From Thermodesulfobacteriota bacterium (lineage in GTDB: Bacteria > Desulfobacterota > Binatia > Bin18), in contig OZ219926.1 in the NCBI GenBank assembly GCA_964291405.2, positions 320,001-384,000 of the forward strand: a stretch of DNA of 64,000 nt, written 5' to 3'. A program made the position numbers and the translations under genes. Positions 56,527 through 64,000 of this stretch are shown piece by piece. How positions within the stretch are numbered: position 1 is the stretch's first letter; each line of letters opens with the position of its first letter. The notes below the pieces were generated by a model that did no database searches, was not told the DNA's origin, and saw only the letters and a list, made by a program, of their open reading frames with translations.

Positions 56527-57465
56527 ATGCTGTCTGTAAAAACGCTATTCGAGCACGCTCCCAGCATCCCCATCTACGTCATTTCCGGTTTCCTGGGGAG
56601 CGGCAAGACAACCTTCCTGCGGGGCCTCCTGGCTTATACCGCGTCACAGGGTCTCAAGCCGGCGGTTCTGATTAACGATTATGGAGACGTGAGCACCGAT
56701 GGTGAACGCCTCCGGGGGCAAGGCTATCCGACCAAAACGTTTGCCGATGGTTGTATTTGCTGTACGCTGCGGCCGGATCTGAACTCCGCCCTCACGGCTC
56801 TCATCACCCAGCAGCCCGATGTCATCTTTATCGAAGCAACCGGGCTGGCCGATCCTGTCCGCCTGTTGGATCAACTCACACAGATAGAGATGCTGTCACG
56901 CGCGTTTGTTGCCGCGATGATTGCCGTTATCGACGTGCGGGGCTCATCCCAACAGATGGCAGGCTATGGCATGCATTCATTTACTGAGACGGCAGACTTC
57001 GTCTTGATTAACAAATGTGACCTCGCCCATTGGATGCAGCTCGCAAGAACGGCTCAAGAAGTCCAACGCAAAAACTCCCGAGCCAAAATTCTCCTGACCA
57101 CCTACGCCGAGGTGGACTTTTCTGAGGTGCTGAGTCAGCAGGGGACTCGGACGGCCCCCACCACTGCTCGCGCACCTCAGCATGACCATTTCCATACACT
57201 GACCTATCGCGCTCCGTGTTCCTTTATACCGGAGCCCTTCGCCGAAGTGATGCAAGCACTACCCGACGAAGTCTGGCGGGCGAAGGGCTTCGTTCGCTTT
57301 CACGACTCCTCAAAACAGTGGGAATTACAGTTTACTGGAAAAGAGTTTTTTATCGGACAGGTAGCCCTGACCCCACAACCTCAGGATCATCTGGTGTTTA
57401 TTGGCGCGGCGTTTGACCGCTCGGCGCTTCTTGCCGCGCTCGATTCATGTCTCGTACCGCACTAG
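56527..57465 (+). CDS. COG0523/CobW family metallochaperone GTPase
   Basis: GFLGSGKTT, GCICC, IEATGLADP, NKCD, WRAKG. Confidence 0.95.
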   Translation: MLSVKTLFEHAPSIPIYVISGFLGSGKTTFLRGLLAYTASQGLKPAVLINDYGDVSTDGERLRGQGYPTKTFADGCICCTLRPDLNSALTALITQQPDVIFIEATGLADPVRLLDQLTQIEMLSRAFVAAMIAVIDVRGSSQQMAGYGMHSFTETADFVLINKCDLAHWMQLARTAQEVQRKNSRAKILLTTYAEVDFSEVLSQQGTRTAPTTARAPQHDHFHTLTYRAPCSFIPEPFAEVMQALPDEVWRAKGFVRFHDSSKQWELQFTGKEFFIGQVALTPQPQDHLVFIGAAFDRSALLAALDSCLVPH

Positions 57466-57487
57466 GACCATGGCAATCCCGGTCGGC

Positions 57488-57540
57488 TTGACAATCTCTG
57501 GTCGTTCTTTAATGATGTTTCTATTACAACTATTATGCAA
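57488..57540 (+). promoter_or_regulatory. Promoter (TTGACA 57488) with a downstream Zur-like box (57524-57540)
   Basis: TTGACA-N17-AATGAT; TTACAAC-TAT-TATGCAA. Confidence 0.68.
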
Positions 57541-57552
57541 CAAGGAATCCCC

Positions 57553-59180
57553 ATGCGCACAACACTCGTGATCGCTCTCATATCGGCCACCTCCATCCTT
57601 TTGTCCCCGCCGGGCGCCAGCGCCCAGGCCGGCGACCCGGCCGAGGTCCAAGCCCTGCGCAGTCAGGTTGACCGTCTTGAGCAAACTGTCGAGCAACTCC
57701 AGCAAACCATTTTGCAAATGCAGAAGGACTCGACCTCACGAGATCAAGTACTCAAGCAACAAGTCGAGGCACAAGAAGCGCAAGTCCAGGCAATACAGCG
57801 GCAGCAAGTTGATCGTATGGCCGCCCAAGTTGACTCTCCGTTAGACCAGGCGCTGGATGAACTCGGCGTCCCGGATTTTGAGCCAGCAGCACCGGACCGG
57901 CGGGCGCTCTGGTCACAGCCGCTGGGCGGGGGCGCGCAATTGCGCTTGATTGACATTGCGGCCGATGTGCTGTTCTTCGCCGGCGGCTCCAGCGAGCGAG
58001 ACGCCGCGATTTCAACGCTCCAGGGTGGTAGCCACGACCCGAAACAGCGCGGCTTCACCCTGGGTCAGGCCGAGTTTTCCCTGTCCGGCGCGGTTGACCC
58101 CTACTTTACCGGCGATGCGCATATTCTCACCTCGGTCAACCCAAGCACCGGCGAGACCACGCTTGAGCTTGAAGAGGCATTTCTCACCTCGTCGGCCCTG
58201 CCCTATGACCTTCAGCTTGAGGTCGGCCATTTTCTGACCGAGTTCGGTCAGATCAACCCGCAACACCCCCACTTCTGGGATTGGATCGATCAACCGGTGG
58301 TCAACTCTCGTATGTTCGGCGGAGACGGCATGCGGCAGGCCGGTTTTCGGGCTTCGTGGCTTCCTCCCACACCGTGGTTCTCCGAGTTTCACTTCGGCAT
58401 GCAGAACGCCAATGGCGTGACCATGGCCAGCTTCCTGGGCGGAGAACTGGCCCATGCCCATGGGGGCGGCGGCCACGGCGGTGAAGACGAACACGGCCAC
58501 GGCGGTGAAGACGAACACGGCCACGCTCAGGAGCCGACCGGCGGCATTCATGGTGACGGCATCGCCGGCCGGCCGATTGTTGCCCAGGACGTGCGCGGCT
58601 TTGGAGATTTCCTCTATCTGACTCGTTTGGAAAACTCGTTCAACTTTACCGACGACGTGACCGCGGTGTTCGGCCTGTCCGGTCTGTACGGGCCAAACTC
58701 GACCGGGCGGGATGCCGACACCTGGCTATATGGGCTGGACATGAAGTGGCGCTGGCAGCCGCCCAGCAATTTCGGCTATCCGTTCCTGACCTGGCAGACC
58801 GAGATCATGAAGCGCGACTATCACGTGGCCCGCTATACTCAGGAAACCGAGACCGGCGATCTCGCCACCCTGCCGGGCCGCACCCTCAAGGACTGGGGTC
58901 TGTACACCCAGCTTTTGTACGGGTTTCAGACCAATTGGGCCGCCGGCCTGCGCTATGAGTACGCCGGCGGGAGTGGGCAGAGCATCGGCGGACGTAAGAA
59001 CGACCCGTTCCGTGATGACCGCCACCGCCTCTCTCCGTTGCTGGTCTGGCGGCCGACCGAGTTCTCGCGCATCCGGCTCCAGTACAACTACGATATCGCC
59101 AGCCACCTCAATGACGACGCGCATACCATCTGGCTCGGCTTCGAGTGGCTGTACGGGCCCACGCCGCGCACAACTTCTAA
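57553..59180 (+). CDS. Zinc-regulated outer-membrane beta-barrel protein with an N-terminal coiled coil and His-rich loop; probable 1-nt deletion near 59157
   Basis: HDPKQRGFTL, GAVDPYF, LEEAF, FGQINPQHPHFW, PTEFSRIRLQY; restoring one G gives the ending YGAHAAHNF* (TAA 59178). Confidence 0.8.
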
Positions 59181-59203
59181 GCCAACAGCAGGAGAATAAG
59201 CCC

Positions 59204-60253
59204 ATGTTGAGCATCCGTTTTCTTATCTCTGTCATAACACTCGCAAGTCTGGTGACCGGCTTGTGGCTGACCCCGTTCGCTCAGGCACAGCCGCTCAAAG
59301 TCTGTGCCACGGTGCCCGACCTCGGCAGCCTGGTCCAGGAGATTGGTGGCGAGCAGACGACGCTGACGGTCTTTGCCAAAGGGACGGAAAACGCCCACTT
59401 CGTGGTACCCAAGCCGAGCTTCATCAAGGCCCTGAGTACTTGCGATATGTACGTCCAGATCGGTCTGGACCTGGAAATTGGCTGGGCGCCGCCCCTGCTG
59501 CAAAATGCCCGGAACGGCGCTATTCTCCCTGGCGGCCAGGGCTATATCGATGCGTCCACGGTCATCGCTCCGCTTGAGGTTCCCAGCACTCCGGTCGACC
59601 GCTCCATGGGAGATGTGCATCCATCCGGCAACCCACACTATCTGCTCGACCCCATGAACGGCCTGCGTGTCGCACGGCTGCTGCGGGACCGGCTGAGCGC
59701 TCTCCGACCGGCCAATGCCCCGTATTTCGCCGAGCGCTATGCCGACTTCCGGCGGCGTTTGGGCGTGGCTCTGGTCGGCGAAGCTCTGGCCGACGCCTAT
59801 GACTTCGAGAAGCTGATAGTGTTGGCCCGACACGGACGGTTGGACAGTTTTCTCAAGAGTCAGGGCCAGGAGGCTCTGCTAGGCGGCTGGCTCGGCAGCC
59901 TGCGGCCCCATGCGGGCAACAAGCTCGTCGGCGACCATAACGCCTGGGTGTATTTTGCCCAACTCTTCGGGTTCGACATGGTTGCCTATCTCGAACCCCT
60001 GCCGGGTATGCTCCCAACCACGAAACATATGGGCGCGGTGATCGAGTTGATGAAGACGAACAGGGTGAAAGCCGTTCTGAACGCGGCCTATTACGATCCC
60101 CGCTATGCCCAATTCGTCTCCGAGAACTCTGGCGCGACCGTCGTCCCCATGGCCGAACAAGCCGACTCTCGCCCTGGTACGGCACACTACCTCGATATGT
60201 TGGATTACAACGTGAAGCAGCTCTCAGCGGTGTTAGGAGGAACACCAGAGTAG
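59204..60253 (+). CDS. znuA: Zn/Mn ABC transporter substrate-binding protein
   Basis: NAHFVVPKPS, GLDLEIGW, GDVHPSGNPHYLLDP; SD AGGAG. Confidence 0.92.
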   Translation: MLSIRFLISVITLASLVTGLWLTPFAQAQPLKVCATVPDLGSLVQEIGGEQTTLTVFAKGTENAHFVVPKPSFIKALSTCDMYVQIGLDLEIGWAPPLLQNARNGAILPGGQGYIDASTVIAPLEVPSTPVDRSMGDVHPSGNPHYLLDPMNGLRVARLLRDRLSALRPANAPYFAERYADFRRRLGVALVGEALADAYDFEKLIVLARHGRLDSFLKSQGQEALLGGWLGSLRPHAGNKLVGDHNAWVYFAQLFGFDMVAYLEPLPGMLPTTKHMGAVIELMKTNRVKAVLNAAYYDPRYAQFVSENSGATVVPMAEQADSRPGTAHYLDMLDYNVKQLSAVLGGTPE

Positions 60254-60271
60254 AGTCGTCGGGGGAAACGC

Positions 60272-61462
60272 ATGCTTTCACATCCAACTCTCGCCCTTTT
60301 TCCTAAGCCAGGTCCAGCCCCTCTGTGGATTGACCAGGTCGGGGCGGGACTGTCGCTGGCCTGCGCTGCTCATTGCATGGCGGCTCCCCTGCTCCTCTCT
60401 CTGCTCCCGTTCGTAGGGCTCGGCTTTTTTGCTGACGAATCGGTGGAAACCCTGCTTCTGGGTACCTCACTCGTACTGGCCGTGGGGAGCCTGTGCTGGG
60501 GATTGCGCATTCACCACCAACGCCGTACTCTGCTGCTGCTCGGGGCGGCGCTCCTGCTCATCGTCGGTGGACGCCTTTCTTCCGAAGAGACGACCGAGGT
60601 CGTGGGTGTCGTGCTCGGAGCCGTGCTGCTGGCGTGCGGGCATCTGCTGAACCGGCATCTCTGTAAGACCTGTTTGCAGTGCCAGGCCGATGAAGTACAG
60701 TCCGGTCCCATGGACAGCGAGATTGTTTTGCAAACGACCAATCTGTCGGTCGGGTATGGCAACTTTGTTGTGCTCGGACGCGTGAATCTGGCGATTCGGG
60801 CCGGCGAATTGTGGTTCGTGCTGGGCCGGAACGGGAGCGGCAAGACCACCCTGCTTCAGGCCTTGCTCGGACTGCTCAAGCCGCAGACTGGTCTCCTTCG
60901 CCGGCAGGTAGCCAACGGGGTCGGATTCGTGCCGCAGCGCTGTGACATCAATCCCACGCTGCCGATTACGATTCGCGAGTTTGTCGGCCTGGGTCTGGTC
61001 GGTACCGGCCTGAACCGGGCGGCACAACGGGAGTATCTGGACCGGGCCCTGGGCACATTTGATCTGGCCCAACTGAAGCACAAGAACTACTGGACGCTGT
61101 CGGGCGGCCAGCGCCAGCGCGCGCTGGTTGCCCGAGCAATGGTGAGACGCCCCGCCCTGTTGATTCTGGACGAGCCGACGAACAACCTGGACCTGGCCGC
61201 GGAAGGCGACTTCCTGCAAACCTTGACCGATATTCACAAGCGGGAGCACAACACCTGTCTGTTTGTCACCCATAATCTTGGCATTGCCGAACGCTACGCC
61301 ACCCATATCGGCCTGGTTGCGCAGGGGACTGTTATTGCCGGTCCCAAAGCCCAGGTGCTGAATGAGTCCAACCTGGACCGCGTCTATGGTCGCGGCCAGC
61401 GTATTCATCTGCACGTCTCACCAGAGGATTCGTCCGACCTGCACTCCCAGGCTCCGGAATGA
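60272..61462 (+). CDS. znuC: MerC-domain::metal ABC transporter ATPase fusion
   Basis: DQVGAGLSLACAAHC...HLLNRHLCKTC, then GRNGSGKTT, FVPQ, LSGGQRQR, ILDEP, VTH. Confidence 0.88.
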   Translation: MLSHPTLALFPKPGPAPLWIDQVGAGLSLACAAHCMAAPLLLSLLPFVGLGFFADESVETLLLGTSLVLAVGSLCWGLRIHHQRRTLLLLGAALLLIVGGRLSSEETTEVVGVVLGAVLLACGHLLNRHLCKTCLQCQADEVQSGPMDSEIVLQTTNLSVGYGNFVVLGRVNLAIRAGELWFVLGRNGSGKTTLLQALLGLLKPQTGLLRRQVANGVGFVPQRCDINPTLPITIREFVGLGLVGTGLNRAAQREYLDRALGTFDLAQLKHKNYWTLSGGQRQRALVARAMVRRPALLILDEPTNNLDLAAEGDFLQTLTDIHKREHNTCLFVTHNLGIAERYATHIGLVAQGTVIAGPKAQVLNESNLDRVYGRGQRIHLHVSPEDSSDLHSQAPE

Positions 61463-62310
61463 TCGACAGCTTCGTGAGTTCGTGGCCGCTCTTCCAGAAC
61501 GCCTATCTGTCCGGCTGGTTGATTGGCATTCTGCTGTCACTTATCGGGGTGGTGGTGGTCGCCCGCGATCAGATCTTCATCGGCGCGGCGGTTTCGCAAG
61601 CGTCGTTGTTGGGCATCGCCCTAGGCATCTGGTCCGGCAGCCTGCTCGGTCCGGATTCCTGGTGGAATTCCGATCTGGTCCACTCCTTTATGGGCGGGCT
61701 GTTTGCCGTGCTGGCCGCCTTTCTCACCACGGGCGGCGGACGGCGGGCCAGCCAGGAAACGCACGAAGCCATCACCGGCTGGGTCTTTCTGTTCTCTGTG
61801 AGCGCCTCCATTCTGCTGCTCTCCCACAGTCCACACGGCATGGAGGAAGTCAACCGCCTGTTGTCCAGCACGATCATTGGGGCGCGGACCGAAGATGTCT
61901 GGATTTTTGCTGGTATGACGCTGCTGACCGGCTCGGCCCTGGTTGTGTATTACCGCTCCATCCTGCTGATCACCCTTGACCCGGTCATGGCCCGTGCGGC
62001 CGGTCTGAGAACCGGGCTCTGGAACGGCTTGCTCTCGACCTGGCTCGGTCTGACCGTCGGGTTTTCCATCCGTATTTCCGGCGTCGTATTTGCTTTTGCG
62101 AGCCTGGTGCTGCCGGCCCTGGTTGCCAAGAGCCTGGGCCGGACGGCCGGCAGCCTGTTCATCCTGGCTCCGCTGGTCTCTCTCGGCATGAGTGTCTTCG
62201 CCTTTATTGTGGCGAATGCGTACGATTACCCCCCCGGTCAGATGGCCGCCGCCTGCCTCGCCCTGCTGTTGGCTGCGGCCTGGCTCTTTCGCGCAATGCG
62301 ACCGCGTTAG
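61459..62310 (+). CDS. znuB: Metal ABC transporter permease
   Basis: IFIGAAVSQASLLGIA, LDPVMARAAG, FASLVLPA; ATGA overlap with the ATPase. Confidence 0.9.
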   Translation: MIDSFVSSWPLFQNAYLSGWLIGILLSLIGVVVVARDQIFIGAAVSQASLLGIALGIWSGSLLGPDSWWNSDLVHSFMGGLFAVLAAFLTTGGGRRASQETHEAITGWVFLFSVSASILLLSHSPHGMEEVNRLLSSTIIGARTEDVWIFAGMTLLTGSALVVYYRSILLITLDPVMARAAGLRTGLWNGLLSTWLGLTVGFSIRISGVVFAFASLVLPALVAKSLGRTAGSLFILAPLVSLGMSVFAFIVANAYDYPPGQMAAACLALLLAAAWLFRAMRPR

Positions 62311-62391
62311 ATGCCCTTCCCTTTCGTCGAGTTTTTCTTTCTTCTCCGTCCATGAAAAGATATGGGGACGGAGGCAGAGGGAGGGCGACGG

Positions 62392-63054
62392 ATGGAGAAA
62401 GCACGGGGCTCCCCGTACTGGCTGCGGGTAGGAATCATCCTGGTTGTCACCACCATGCTCTATAACGTGGTGGAGGCAGTTATTGCGCTATGGGCCGGCG
62501 TTGAGGCGGCGAGTATCGCCCTGATTGAATTTGGCTCCAACAGTGTCATCGAACTCGTGGCCGCCAGTGTCCTCATCTGGCGGCTGCGCCTTGAGGCGCG
62601 CGGGGCGGATTCTGACCGGGTCGCCCGCGCGGACCTGGTAGTCCATCGCTTTGTGGGTCTGTCTTTTATTGCTCTCGCCCTGTATGTCCTGATCCAGTCC
62701 GTTTGGATGCTGTGGCATCGAGAGGTGCCAAGCGCGAGTACTATCGGCATGCTGCTGGCCACAGCCTCCCTCATTATTATGCCGCTGGTCTCGTTCGGGA
62801 AGTTGCGGGCAGCAACGGAGGTCGGCAGCCGGGCGCTACGGGCCGAGGCCAAAGAGACGCTGGCCTGCTCCTATCTGTCGTTTACCCTCTTGCTTGGACT
62901 CGGAGCAAACGCGGCGCTGAGCTGGTGGTGGGCCGACCCGGTCGCCGCACTGCTGATGATTCCCTGGCTGGTGAAAGAGGGGCTGGAGGGCCTGTCGGGC
63001 AATGAGCATGAAGCCGAGTCACGAGTCGCCCAGGCGTCCGTCAATTCTTCATGA
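62392..63054 (+). CDS. Cation transporter (short CDF/TMEM163-like)
   Basis: YNVVEAVIAL..SIALIEFG.NSVIE..ALRAEAKETLAC..WWWADPVAAL. Confidence 0.85.
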   Translation: MEKARGSPYWLRVGIILVVTTMLYNVVEAVIALWAGVEAASIALIEFGSNSVIELVAASVLIWRLRLEARGADSDRVARADLVVHRFVGLSFIALALYVLIQSVWMLWHREVPSASTIGMLLATASLIIMPLVSFGKLRAATEVGSRALRAEAKETLACSYLSFTLLLGLGANAALSWWWADPVAALLMIPWLVKEGLEGLSGNEHEAESRVAQASVNSS

Positions 63055-63102
63055 AGTGTCGCTACGCGGGTAAACCGCCTCAGCTTTACAACAGTACAGC
63101 CA

Positions 63103-63119
63103 CTGCATCTAACTTGTAT
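63103..63119. promoter_or_regulatory. Weaker Zur-like box upstream of the ZIP gene
   Basis: CTGCATC-TAA-CTTGTAT. Confidence 0.5.
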
Positions 63120-63218
63120 TGGCAACTCTGAAGGGATAGTGCCGCGTGCTCCAAATTGGTAGGCTGACCTAGCCCGGTCAGAGGATGCTTCGAGCACGGC
63201 TTTCGGCGGAACGCGATT

Positions 63219-63959
63219 ATGATAGCATTTTGGGTAGCTGGAGCGACTTTTGTCCTGACCCTTTGTGGCGGGCTGCTCGTTTTACGCCTCCAGGTCTATC
63301 AGGGCGTGGTTTTTGCCTTTTGCGCGGGCGTATTGATTGCCGGGGCGTTGATGGAGGTGATCCCAGAGTCGCTGGAATTGCTCTCAACCACCGGCTCGAC
63401 CTTCCATCATCATCATATCTTATTGTCCTGTGCTTTGGGGTTTCTGTGTTTTTATCTCGTCGAACATCTCACCCATCAGCGAGAGACACCCGCCGAGCAA
63501 GCCGCACACCATGCCCACGCCCCGCACGCTGGCATCTGGGGCGCAACCGGCATTCTGGTGCATAGTCTTTTTGATGGGTTTGCCATAGGTCAGGGCTTTC
63601 ATGCTGGCGAGCATGTGGGCTGGGCGATTGCCCTGGGTATTACGCTTCACAAAATAGCGGACGGTGCGAGTATTGCCGGCGTCATGCTCGGTACGCAGCA
63701 GACCGTTCGGGCCACCAGAATCATGCTCGTTCTTACCGCGCTGGCACCACTTGTCGGCGTCTATGCCCAGTCGTTTGTAACCTTTCAAACAGCATTACTC
63801 GCCCTGCTGCTGGCGTGGTTTGGTGGGGTCTTTCTCTATCTGGGAGCCGGGAGTCTCCTCCCCGCAGCGCATGACGCCAGTCACTCACGCCAGCTCCCGG
63901 TAGCAACCCTTGCGGGCGTACTGTTTGTCTACGGAGCGCAGATCCTGGCACATCATTGA
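63219..63959 (+). CDS. ZIP family metal transporter
   Basis: AFCAGVL, HSLFDG, HKIADG, GVFLYLG, LLPAAH. Confidence 0.92.
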   Translation: MIAFWVAGATFVLTLCGGLLVLRLQVYQGVVFAFCAGVLIAGALMEVIPESLELLSTTGSTFHHHHILLSCALGFLCFYLVEHLTHQRETPAEQAAHHAHAPHAGIWGATGILVHSLFDGFAIGQGFHAGEHVGWAIALGITLHKIADGASIAGVMLGTQQTVRATRIMLVLTALAPLVGVYAQSFVTFQTALLALLLAWFGGVFLYLGAGSLLPAAHDASHSRQLPVATLAGVLFVYGAQILAHH

Positions 63960-64000
63960 GGAGAGTCAGATCGCGTCGCTATGACTCCGGCTTTTTCCAA

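Noticed and set aside
63982-64000. Possible start of a next gene (ATG ACT CCG GCT...)
   Set aside because: Too short to support within the window

Overview
Bacterial chromosomal window with moderately high GC. Gene content and a deltaproteobacterial-type Zur box suggest a deltaproteobacterium-like lineage such as Binatia; this is inference only. The first 41 kb are mostly housekeeping and metabolic genes: guaA (truncated), guaB, sufT (frameshifted), metF, dacB, era, tyrS, rny, a probable 6S RNA, zapAB, ftsY, smc, a radical SAM fusion, rne/rng and xth. This part also holds an AT-rich delta-class carbonic anhydrase islet, a cupin dioxygenase coupled to a MesD-like methionine synthase, and a copper module (OprC-like receptor, proline-rich leader protein, Csp-like storage protein). 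From 42 to 64 kb the region is accessory: three toxin-antitoxin pairs, metY-metX-metW, a divergent DsrE plus TusA::MetE-like fusion operon, several REP-like repeats, and an ~11.6 kb zinc-acquisition island with four Zur-like boxes. Most notable: (i) two probable selenoproteins that the ORF track splits, an ArsC-like U-x-x-C protein and a sterol-desaturase::rhodanese fusion with UGA at the catalytic position, both followed by SECIS-like hairpins with an AGU-initiated loop; (ii) the DsrE/TusA::MetE-like putative sulfur-relay module; (iii) a 1051-aa His/acid-rich protein in which an AztD-like domain appears nested inside another propeller between tandem-repeat arrays; (iv) a MerC::ZnuC fusion; (v) a leader peptide and terminator attenuator plus an NrdR-like box upstream of guaB. 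All family assignments come from motif recognition by eye; no searches were run.
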